Positions 12,849 to 25,188 of a stretch of 64,000 nucleotides of DNA are shown here, one piece after another (position 1 is the stretch's first letter; every line of letters starts with the position of its first letter). The notes under the pieces are model-generated. The model did not search any database. It saw only the letters and a program-made list of their open reading frames with translations, and was not told the DNA's origin. The stretch is from Chrysomallon squamiferum (lineage: Eukaryota > Animalia > Mollusca): contig CM022665.1 in the NCBI GenBank assembly GCA_012295275.1, positions 47,182,001 through 47,246,000 of the forward strand, written 5' to 3'. The position numbers and the translations under genes were made by a program.

Positions 12849-13940
12849 TTCTCTGGACCACATCGACTGCGACAATTCAGAAAAAAAATAGAAAAAAAAA
12901 TACTTTAAAAAAAAAAATACAAAAAAAAAATTAAAAAAAAAAATCTCGGATCGTCGAAGCGCTTTTAGTACGTGCGTGACAGAAGTAAAAAAAAAAGAAA
13001 AAAGAAAAGCCCACCTTTTCACTGACGTTGTCATGCAGGCGAGCCTTGATGAGTGTTTTCTGTAAGTAAAATGTCTGTTAGCTTTGTAATTATCGTTGGG
13101 AAATACTTCGGCGGCCTGAATGCCGCGGCACATGGGCCTTTGTGGAATTAAATGTTTGTGGAAGGCCAATGCTAATAAATAGCCGCGGTAATAGGCTCGT
13201 GTTGGAAACAGCTGGTTTTGTACCCAGGATTTTCGCGTCTAATGGCGGTTTCTGCGCTGGCGGGCTTCGCGATTTAATTTGGGAGGAAATCAAATAACTC
13301 ACAACTACTCGGTCCCGTGACTTCTCGAAACAAAATTTAAAAAAAAAAAAAAAAAATAAAGGCCAGGCTGAACACGCTTGTTTCTTGTTGTAATGTTGAA
13401 GTAAATGGGAATGTATATGAAAAAAAAAAAAAAAAAAATGAAAACAAAATTTGTATTTCAAAAGATGGGAGGTTACAATAGCAACTGTTCACTTGGGATT
13501 TACTGTGAACGCATGTAAACACACAGACACACACACACATATACGTACATAAATACGGACTGACAGACAGACTGGGCGATAAACAGAAGTACAAAAGGTT
13601 TATCTATTAATAAAGATAGGTGGATGTAAAATTATGTAGGTGCATAGATAGCCAGTTTGACAGGTACATACATACATACATACGCAGACTTACTCGTGTA
13701 ACTATAAATAAAGATGATTAAATAAATAGATAGAGTTGTACATATGTTGGTATATTAGACAGATTAGAAATATTACTTTAGTCTAATTATTGCATTCTGT
13801 TAATTTTCTTTTTTCTTTTCTTTTTCTTTTCCTATTTTTTACTTTATTTTTATTTTTACTTTTACATATTTTGATTTCAGGTTTTACAATTTGATTTAAA
13901 GATGATGTTATATAACAAACTGTGTATTTTTTACTTTCAG
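10201..13940 (+). other. Phase-1 intron of the ash gene
   Basis: GT donor at 10201, where GC-rich coding sequence switches to (GTT/ATT)n low complexity. Best acceptor is TGTATTTTTTACTTTCAG ending at 13940. An alternative acceptor TTGATTTCAG ends at 13880 after a long pyrimidine tract. Confidence 0.7.
10965..11550. repeat. Intronic minisatellite, unit about 140-150 bp, about 4 copies
   Basis: CTCAAACTGC recurs at about 11105, 11254, 11396 and 11535. Units also share TTTGAAATTT...TTTCAAATATTGAAC and TTTTGCGATCATAATCACAAGTGTTAAA. Confidence 0.9.
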
Positions 13941-14002
13941 ACTCACAGATTCGCCCCGATTCGCTTCAAATGTCATCAAACGTCTTACTCGAATCAAACT
14001 AA
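13941..14002 (+). CDS. ASCL1-like (ash): Probable terminal coding exon of ash (D-SQIRPDSLQMSSNVLLESN-stop; spliced protein about 299 aa)
   Basis: Exon 1 is 838 nt (279 codons + 1 nt). G+AC gives GAC and the frame stays open to TAA at 14000-14002. Composition changes from T-rich intron to mixed sequence at the acceptor. No transcript evidence available. Confidence 0.55.
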
Positions 14003-14498
14003 CACACTTGAATTACGAGACTGTCTAGAACGGGATAAAAATGGAAATCCGTAAACAATGTGTTAAAAGACCACCACGAACTGGCTCCTTCGCTCTAAGC
14101 ACGACATTCTAGAACGGGATAAAACGATAATGTGCAAAGTCAGCAACGGAACTGTGTCACTGTATTCGTTGGTGGTTGGAACTGGATAAACAAAAATGGA
14201 TATCTGCGTAACGTTCTTTAATCACGTGCTGACATGAAAACTAAAGTGAATCTTCATTTCCAGAGACGTAAAAGCAAATTCTCAAAATGCACGTGCATGC
14301 AGACTCTCAGAACGCACGTGCATGCTGACTATCGAAATCGTTTTTTTTAAATGTCTTTTTGACGATCTGGTACAGAGATACAGTTTTAATGTTATTGTGT
14401 TTTCATTAAGTTTTAATCTCACTGATGTAATGTGATATGCAAAACTGACTGACTGCATAATGTTAAATTTTGTGTTATTGTTATGATTATTATTGTTA

Positions 14499-14549
<51 letters not shown>

Positions 14550-15165
14550 GCGATTTATTGGTATTTCAATATTTTAAAGAAAAAAAACCCAATAGAGACA
14601 CGATTTTAAGCATTCCATGAAGTTATATTGTTTTTCACCCAACTGTTGTTGTTTATATCAATCAGCATACATTTTTATGCTCATAGGTTTTTTAAAATGT
14701 TCTAAAGATTTTTCATTTTTTAGTTAATTTCATTTCATATGTTTTTCTTTAAATAACGTGACTTCAATGCACAAAACCATACGTCATCATAATTGTTAGA
14801 GTCACGAGACGCAATCATTAGAGTCACGTGATATCATATTACGTTTATTTAGCATCATCGTTCTGAGAACACGTGACTTTACATTCCATTTCATCCATCT
14901 TGGTCACGTGACTTCATTCACAGCTGTAACAGTGCTCAAAAATTAACAAAATCGAAATATTTAAAAGGAAGAATATTTTTTAAAGAATGTACTTTCTATT
15001 TTGTATATACATTTTCATTTTGATAGATTGTTTTACATACCTCTATGCATTTTCTCTACTATTTAATAACTTATTGACAATGTGCCTTGGCGATGTTTTG
15101 GTTAATGAAAAAGTGATTATTTTTGTATGTGAATAAATGGTTATATTTTCATTCTGTTGTTTGTG
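14003..15165 (+). other. Putative ash 3' UTR with polyadenylation signal
   Basis: AU-rich sequence with TGTATATA (15002-15009), AATAAA at 15132-15137 and a GT/T-rich downstream element CTGTTGTTTGTGTTT from about 15154. Confidence 0.55.
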
Positions 15166-15686
15166 TTTATTATATTAGACCTAGATGATTTTATTATTTG
15201 TTTTCACGGAATATCAACGATTTTACATAGAAAACGATCTTACATCTAAGAAAAAGTGAACCATTGGTGGGTTTTAACTAATTATATTTTGTAAATTTTC
15301 ATTACATTGTTATATTTGTTTGTTTTTTAGTTTAATGGTTGCCATGGTGATTTGAGCAAAACGTTGAAACAGACAGTGTCATTTGAACAGATTGCTCTTG
15401 TCTAAAACCAGCCTTTGTTAATAATAAAGTACACCTGCAGCAATAAAGTCTGCTATGATTCACGGAGGCTGTCATTTTCTTTTGTTTACTGCACAGTCGT
15501 GACGTCATGTCGTAGAGAGGCAAGACGTCTTGTCGTTGACTAAACGCACCACGTTTGTTTATCTGTGTCATTAAAATGAACATCACGGAGACGACAGATC
15601 TGTTAGACTGTCAGCCTTTTAAAAACAGAAACATCTGACGTTTTTACCGTTCCGACCAGAGAGCGAGACTAAATTTTGTTATTATT

Positions 15687-15721
<35 letters not shown>

Positions 15722-15741
15722 TATTATTATTATTATTATTA

Positions 15742-15802
<61 letters not shown>

Positions 15803-16653
15803 CATTATTATTATTATTATTATCAGTATTATTATTATTCTTATTATTTGTAGTAGTAGTAGTCGTATTATTTTAAAGCAGTGGCGTGTTGCTTCATTTC
15901 TACTGTAAACCTACGTAAAGAAAACTTCTAAGCAGTGTCACTGTGACACCGTTGAACAAAATTATATTTTTTTAATCAGAAATCGAAATTCTAACAGATT
16001 CATAAACACACCAGCCAATCTGGGTTCACTCTGGTGGCGGGTAGTTGTGGCGGGTAGTAGTGGGGGAGGGCATTGATAGTGGTGGTTGGGGAGTGGAGAG
16101 AAAAGAAGAAATATAATTGATAATTATTTTAACGCCAATTAATTATCGAGTCAGCGAGCCATTGTTTGCGTGTGTGTGCGTGTGTGCGCGTGAAAACGGG
16201 GTTAAGTGCGGCGTTAATAATTCTGTTTGTCGGATCGTTTGGCCGTCTCATTGCTTCTGCCGAGCCTTTTGTTCCGTTCGCACCCTTCGTGTCAGGAACC
16301 GTACCCGCCGAGCTGAGCCGACACATCGCACTGGAAACACGCACCTTCTTCTACCCGTTCATCTGTCACTGCCATACTGATTAGAGGCCGGAGGGGTGGG
16401 GTTGGTGTTGTTGGTGTTGGTGTTGGTGGTGGTGGTGGTGGTGGTGGGGGGGCCGAAGAGAGTGGAAGCTGAGGTGTGTTGTGATGTGATGTGGAAGACA
16501 CGTGTTGTGTTGTCGGCTGAATGATCTGTTTGGTACTGGGATCGAATCACGGTGTAGGTTACAGAGTTAGTTCAGTAAAGATTGGAAATACTGGGCGTTA
16601 TACCTGATACGAAATGCATGATACATTAATCTTTGTTAATTATAATAATAATG

Positions 16654-16728
<75 letters not shown>

Positions 16729-16822
16729 GTAGTAGTAGTAATAATAATAATAATAACCATAATAAATAAATAAATAAATAAATGTTTTAAAGTGTACTTT
16801 AGTGTGTTAGTATTCTTTGGAG

Positions 16823-16856
<34 letters not shown>

Positions 16857-17107
16857 TTTCTTTCGGTTTAACTCGTCATTAGTTTATTATAATCATTCCG
16901 GTTGTGACGTCACAGCAGCCAGGTATTAGTGGCGCGCGCTCACACACACACACACACACAAAAAAAAATGCACACACATGTGTATTTGGGTTGTTTGTTG
17001 TTCTTGTTTGTTATTTGGTTTTTTTGTTTTTGTTTTTTACAGTTTCTCAAGGTACATGTTCTGATTCGAAAAGTTCAGTTTTGATATGAATAAACCATTT
17101 ATAGCAG

Positions 17108-17370
17108 CAGAGAACATTCACAGAAATTTCAGAGTAAACATTCAGAGTAAACATTCAGAGAACATTCGGAGTAAACATTCAGAGTAAACATTCAGTAAAC
17201 ATTCAGAGTAAACATTCAGAGTAAACATTCAGTAAACATTCAGAGTAAACATTCAGAGTAAACATTCAGAGAACATTTAGAGAACATTCAGTAAACATTC
17301 AGAGTAAACATTCAGAAAACATTCAGAAAACATTCAGAGAACATTTAGAGTAAACATTCAGAGTAAACAG
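17108..17370. repeat. Minisatellite with 11-13 bp unit CAGAGTAAACATT
   Basis: About 20 tandem units with small deletion variants (CAGTAAACATT, CAGAGAACATT). Confidence 0.95.
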
Positions 17371-17985
17371 TTCAACAGAGATGTTAAATCTGACTGGTAT
17401 CAATTTTCATTTCCAGTAAACAACCGGAAACGTAACAGGATCTCAAAATAAAAAAATATTATAAAATAAAAAGTAAAAAGAAAAAAAGAAAACAATAAAT
17501 AAATAAATAAATAAATAAAAAAGAAAGAAAGAAAATGTTTAAAAATGTAAGAAAAAAAAAAAAAAAGGAAAGGAATATAAAATGTTGGAAAATAAATAAA
17601 ATAAAATAAATAAAATATATATATATATATATTTTTAAAAAAGAAAATTTGAAACGAAATAAAGAAATAAACGACAAAGTTGAAAACTGAAATAAATAAA
17701 TAAAATATACATAAAAGGAAATTTAAGGAAGGAAGGTAAAAAAAAAAAAAAAAATTATTTTTATATTTAAATGTAGTTTTTGACATGACCCATACACTTC
17801 CGGTCTCAAGCTACGCAGTAACGCCATGTGTTATGATTTCTAAAAAATACAGACGATATTTTATTTGTTTATTTTTTATTTTTATTTTTTATTTTTTTTA
17901 TCGCCATTGGATACGAACGTGTGCAAACCGGATTACGTAAAAACACAATCATTAACTGCTTCTTCTTCCATTTTCTGTAATGGTG

Positions 17986-18020
<35 letters not shown>

Positions 18021-18327
18021 TTATTTTTTTTTAAATAATAAATATTTTTGTTTTGTTTGTTTTTTTGTTCTAGTTGCAAGCCTCGGTTCCAAGCTGCTGT
18101 GTGTTTTTATTATTTTTTTTTAATTTAGGTTTTACGACATTTTGTTGTCGTTGACGATGATAGATAGTGCAGGTTCATTGACACCTGATGTTTTATTGCC
18201 GTTCTTACAGGGAGCCTGGCACACCAGCCTCCACGTTGTGTGAAATCACTGACACAGAGGTAGTGGGTTCGATTCAGATTAGTGTAAATGATGATTATTA
18301 CTACTGTTGTTTGTTTTTGTTTTCTCA

Positions 18328-18366
<39 letters not shown>

Positions 18367-18624
18367 AAAGAATAGAAAAAAGTATCCAGTTTTCTGTGAG
18401 ATTTGGGATGTGTGTGTCTTTGTGCGTGTGCGTGTGCGTGTTTGCGGTGCTTAACTATTTAAACGGAAAGATCAACTTAAACAAATGTCGTAAAACTGTT
18501 TATATAACAAACGAGAAATGTTTTATTTATGTTTGTTTGTTCGTTCGTTCGTTTTGTTTCTTTGCTCTTTATTTTTAATGTTTGTTTGTTTGTTGTTTTT
18601 GCTGTTTCTTTTTATTTATTTATT

Positions 18625-18690
<66 letters not shown>

Positions 18691-19185
18691 TATTAACCAA
18701 ACGGTGCATATGTATCCTTCACATTTTTTCGTTGTTATTTCAAAGCCTATCCCTATGTTGTAGACATTGGGTTCGGCAGGAAAAAATGTTTTTTTTGTTA
18801 ACTTTGGGCAATAAACCGCTTAGCGGCCTGTCACTTAGCTCACTCGAAAACCGGATAACTTTACGCGATTAGCAGACGAGTTAAGTAGTTCCTAAGTCGT
18901 TATGTACATTGTCGCTGTCACCGAATATTGTTGCAGCATGTCACACGAAGCTGACGTGGTAGGTAAAACGGCGTCCAACGTGAAATATGGCGAAGGCAGG
19001 GAAAAAAAAAAAAAAAAAACCCTCGATCTGGAGAGCACGCGCAGGAAAGCAGACGTGACGTTGTTCGTTTCGTCTGCTAAAACCAGCTACAAGCAGACGT
19101 ATAAATTACCAGACGTGTCAGTGACGTCAGGTGAACGAACGAATTAGTGTTCAAAACGTTTTGATTAACGACCCGTCTGAACAAT

Positions 19186-19226
<41 letters not shown>

Positions 19227-19391
19227 TTAGGAAAACAGAGAAACAGAAATAAAGAAGAAGAAGAAGAAAAAAAAGAAGATTTTAATTTAAACAATGTTTA
19301 ACTTGGTAATACGTCAAGGAACGGAATACGATAAACATCGAAAACAGAACATCTGAGTATTTAATTGTTGAACATGTTTTCTCTTTTAGTG

Positions 19392-19700
19392 TCATATGAT
19401 GTGTCATTATACGATCGTATGATGTGTCATAATACGCTCGTAAGATATGTCATTATACGATCGTAAGATATATAATAATACGCTCGTAATATATATCATA
19501 ATACGATCGTAAGATATATCATTATGTGATCGTAAGGTATAATACGCTCGTAAGATATGTCATAATACGCTCATAAGATATATCATTATACGATCATAAG
19601 ATATGTCATTATACGATCATAAGATATGTCATTATACGATCATAAGATACCTCATTATACGATCATAAGATATATCATATAATTGTATGATCATAACATT
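19392..19700. repeat. 23-bp minisatellite TCATTATACGATCGTAAGATATG, about 13 copies
   Basis: Direct tandem periodicity of 23 bp. The core ATACGATCGTAT / TACGATCGTA is palindromic. Confidence 0.92.
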
Positions 19701-21616
19701 TGGCATTGCATGGTTTTGAAATGATAGCTTCATGGAAAAGATCCTGTAAGCATGAGTTTGTTTTTATTCATTAACGGAAAAGGATATTTTATTACAAAAA
19801 AAAAAAAACATTTTCCAGAAACAGAAACGTATACACCACATCGTTTGTCACTGCAGTCTTGGTACATATGCTGGAACTGGAAATATAACCGTATGGACCA
19901 AAAAAAAAAACCCAACCTAAACTGATCCTGAGATACACTGCTGTTAATTCAAGCGATCAGCTACATACATCAATGTCATTTTCTCAGTTAAATAAAAGTC
20001 TATAGGTTCGTATTAACAATTTGAACAGTATCTTGTTAATATGTTACTGTCATATTTTATTGTGTGTCCGTAGCGGTGAAGAAAATGTAACGTAAAACTG
20101 CTTCACGAAATATATTACATTAAAATCGTGCTTAATTGTTTAGCAAAGATTAGGATTGAGGAATAAGTATTTAACAAATGACTCGAAAGTACTTAAAATG
20201 CATTCAAGCTATTTGTGAGCATTTTATTCGTCTAGATTAAGTCGAATAAAAACGGCATTAAACCTGGAGCTAGGAATCAGATGTGAACACAAAAGCATTA
20301 GGGATGAATGCGGAGTAACAAAAAGTCAGGCAATAAATTCATAATCTGATACTGTGAGGACAAGCAGCACATTCAGAGTGTGATATTATTATTAATACAT
20401 AAAAATTCATATTTAAAAATAAAAATATAATAAATGATAACCACAGAAACGACGAAACAAAGCAATTGTTTTGGACCGATGTTTAAAGGGGGTGGTGGGG
20501 GGTGGTCTTGGTCGATTGTTCGTAGAAGAAAGAAGAAAGGAGAAATCCTGCACGTGCAGAGTAAGACAGAGTGCTGGCATTTCCTGTACGACAGCCTCGA
20601 TATGCTGACAAACAAACGTCAAACAAGGGGGAAATCACTCCCACTGAAAACAGTCAAATGTCGCAGCCATTGTGAGCGGATATAAGAAAAGAAAAAAAGA
20701 AAGAAAAGTAAATTGAATACAAACACACGGCTCGCGTGACTCGATCTGGGTAACAACGGCGACTTCAGCATCTCCTACTCTCGTTGTCTTTTTTTTTTTT
20801 TTCTTTTTATATCATCCATTCATATTTATTTTTTTTATTATTTTTATCAAAGACGCCCGCATCTCGCTGGTGCTCATTTAATATGATGTACACCTCGTAC
20901 ATCGGCAGGTGCTCACAGAAAAAAAAAAAAGGAAAATAAAAAAAAAGAAGAAGAAGAAGAAGATTATCGAAATCTCCAATTCCCAATCAGCGGAACGTGG
21001 TCTGCGCAAGACAAGCCGCCGCGAGTGTTGTTGACATTGTACCACTCTGCACGGGCATGCGTGCACGTCGTGTGATCCGTCGATGTGTCATCTTCGTGGT
21101 CCGAGGCAGCGTCCCACCTCGGGTTTCGTGTACATAAGTGTCGATTATCCGGCTCGGGGGGTTTAAAGCGTATTCTTTGTGACAAGCCGTCTCAGCCGAG
21201 TGAATGCATTTCCGCTGTCCAAGCCCCTCGTTGTCAATTAGGGGCACTCTTGCAGTCAGGACAGTATCGGCGATTCTTTTTGATTTTTTTTATTTTATAT
21301 ATATACCCGTTGTCCTTCATCTACGGGTCATTTGGTCAACATCTAAGGTCACGCTTTCAGCCAGGTATAGAGAGGGATGACAGTTTTATATTTTAATACA
21401 GGAAGAAGGGGAGGGGTAAAAATCATGTTTGATTTTTTTTTTTTTGTCTTTATTTTGCTTTCAGTTTTATTATTTTTCAATATGACTGGTGCTAATTTGT
21501 CTTGTCAGAATAAGTACGTAGATAAAAATAAGAAGAGATCATATTAAAAATAATTAGTATTCATAATATCATCATATAGTTACCACAAAAACTATCAGTG
21601 ATGCTGCTGCTTCTTG

Positions 21617-21651
<35 letters not shown>

Positions 21652-21952
21652 TTACTACTGCTATTATTACTACTATGACTACTGCTGTTACTACTGTGAG
21701 TCTACTACTAATATTACTTTTACCACTGCTACTACGACTACTATTACTACTACAACTACTATATCAACTACTATAACTCCTACTAGTGTTACTATCACTG
21801 CTGCTATTACTACTACTACTACTACAGCTACTACTACTACTACTATTCTAAAACTACTGCTACTACTACTATTACCGTTATAACAACTTCATGATGCCAT
21901 TAATATATTACCGTCTTTTTTCTTCTACAAAACACAAAGATAAGCAAAGTGC

Positions 21953-22299
<347 letters not shown>

Positions 22300-23481
22300 A
22301 CGAGAGCAAGTGAGAGAGTAAAAATAAACCTGAATTTTTTTCTGAGAAATAAAAGGAAGAAATAAAGAAAAAAATGAAATCATTATTTACAATCGGAGAA
22401 ATAATCAAAACCAGTATCACAGTGTAAAATAATCCAACACAAAACATCTCCGAGTTTTCTTCGCTTTCAGTAATATCCCGTTCCGACCACCAGACCACAA
22501 ACCCACGAACCGTGCATGACCCGAAGCGACATCTACACACACACACACGCACGAACACACGCACACACGAATGGGTGTGAGCCTCAGGACGTTGTAGTAG
22601 TGGTAGTAGTAGTAGTAGGCGTTCAGTGCGGAAATCTTTTTTTACCTCCGTGCCTGTGTGTCTATTGTAGTGCTGTAGATTCACCTTTTACCTCGCATTG
22701 TCTGGGAGGGATATACACGATGAACAAAAAAAAAAAAAAGAACCTAATTAGCTAAAGATGATACTTTCTGCAAATCACGGGACACAGAATGGGATGCACT
22801 CTTCACGACCTGCAGTTTCCTTTCTGTCAGAAATCTGTATCATTGTGATCGCGAGGGATCTTTTTTTCTTTTGGAAATATCTATGAAGGTGACGATCGTT
22901 TGTGGTGGTCTTTGTTAGGCTGACACTGCGAGTGAAAGGAAAGCTGTCATCAGTAAGCAATTTTCACCGCTCGCAAAGACTGCTCAGTCAAATAGTTGTA
23001 ATTGATTTTCGCAAAAGAATTAGATATATATCCCCGATACATTCAGAGTGAATGCTGTCGTCTGCTCTTTGTTCCTTTAATATACTCATCCGTCTACTGT
23101 CAGAACAAACAAAAAAATAATAAAAAAAAAAAAAATGTTCTCGTTTATTAAAGTCTTTATGTACAGGGAGATGATATTGGTTGCTTTTTTTCTTCTTCTT
23201 TTGTTTTGTTTTCTTTCTTTGTCGTATCTTTAAGACAAATTGGAAGGTAGATAATTATTTCGTTTTGAAAGACACCTTTTGAAACGTTGTGGTAAATTAG
23301 CAGTTCCGAAAGTTGATGGAGGATGTTGATTGTCAAGGCCCTTGAAAGGTTTATTTTATTTTTTTAATTATTTAATTATTTATTTATTTAATTATTTATT
23401 TATTTTTTTATTTTACCAATTTTATTTTATTTTTTTTATTTTTATTTTTTTGTAGTTTATCTACGGATATAAAAAGTGGGC

Positions 23482-23512
<31 letters not shown>

Positions 23513-24647
23513 TCTTGATATTGATGATGATGATGATGAACAACGACAACAGCAACAATTGACACCAGTCAGAACAAGTGGTAGCAGTAGTTCTGGCATC
23601 GTGTCGTTATTTCCAGTCAGTTAAAATATAATTTTAAAAACAGGACAGTAATCAATATCTGTGACGCCAGTAAGAAGATGGTTTTCCTGTGTGTTGTATA
23701 AGAGGAGTCGACATTTTCAAATTCTGCTAGCGGCATCTTCCCACACTTCACTGTCATCATCGCCTTTTTTTAAAAAATAAAATTAAAAAATAAATTTTTT
23801 GACCTACATTCTACTCCGGGGTGTAGATTTCCTTTCACACCAGTATCTAATTAGACGTTATGCTACTGGAAAGTAGGCCAGTTTCCTTTTCTTTCTTATT
23901 TTTTTTTTCTTTTCTTTTTAACTCAAATATGTCAGGTCTCTTTTTCAACGAGGACAGTACTCATTATATCCCCCAAATCTTTCATAACTTAGACAAACCC
24001 CTCCGTATTCATTAAGCACCATCCCCCCTTCTACTCCTCTTTTTTTTTTTTTTTTTTTTCACTCGTTTTTCGTGTCCCGCGGCCACACGAGCAGACGTGT
24101 TTCTCACCGCACGCGCACGTCTCGTTCTAATCCAGAGATAACGAGACAAAAAGAAAAAAAGGTGTCAAAACGGCTACGCTCCGACAGCTTCGAATATAAC
24201 GGGGCTGGCAGAGCTGACAGGGGGGAGGGGAAGAAGCTGTCGTTGTTTGAGATAGACGAAGACGAGGAGGATAATGGCGGGGGAGGGTGTGTGTGGGGGG
24301 TGGAACGACGACAACGACGACGACGGACGAGAAGAGATGATAATGACGCTTCGCCTGCTTACTTTTGCGGGAGAGCCCGAGGGTGGGTTCTGGCGAGGGT
24401 GCTGTTTATTTGTCACCTCGAAGAAAAGAGCTCGCTTCTCGTGGTTTTGAACGCACAATGACCCATTGCGCCACCGCCATTGTAATCGGAGCCGACGACA
24501 TTAAAATTACACCGTCTCCGATTAACGAGACTTCACCCAGTCCTGTCGTGACGGGTCCTGCCCCTTCGAGAGGCACACAAGAGATGAGAGCCTGGATGAC
24601 ATTGTGGAGGAGAGTCGTTCCCGGCATGCCACTGGGAACTGTTGCTT

Positions 24648-24762
<115 letters not shown>

Positions 24763-25081
24763 ACTCGTAGTCGAATGTTTTCATTGCACTCATATATTTT
24801 TTTTTTTTTTTTTAAAAAATTTTGTTATTATGATTATTATTTTTTTATCTTTTCAGTAATACTTTTTTTTCTATCTCTCTTCATTTCTGTTTGCTTTTCT
24901 CTTTCGTAGCGAGACGTAGATAGACTATGTGAGACATGAAGAAGAGGGAGGCGGTTCAGATTAAATGTGAGAAGAGTGAAGAGTAAGAACTGTGGGTTTA
25001 GCTGAAATAAAATAATTTATAAAATATAGAACACAGAGGTTTAGGATGAAGAAGAAGAAGAAGAAGAAGAAGAAGAAGAAG

Positions 25082-25188
<107 letters not shown>

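Noticed and set aside
16495-16610. GGTACTGGGATCGAATC as another SINE head
   Set aside because: Only a B-box-like match with no clear A box. Too degenerate to call.
17108-19700. Tandem arrays as CRISPR-like loci
   Set aside because: The units are contiguous with no unique spacers, there are no cas genes, and the context is eukaryotic.
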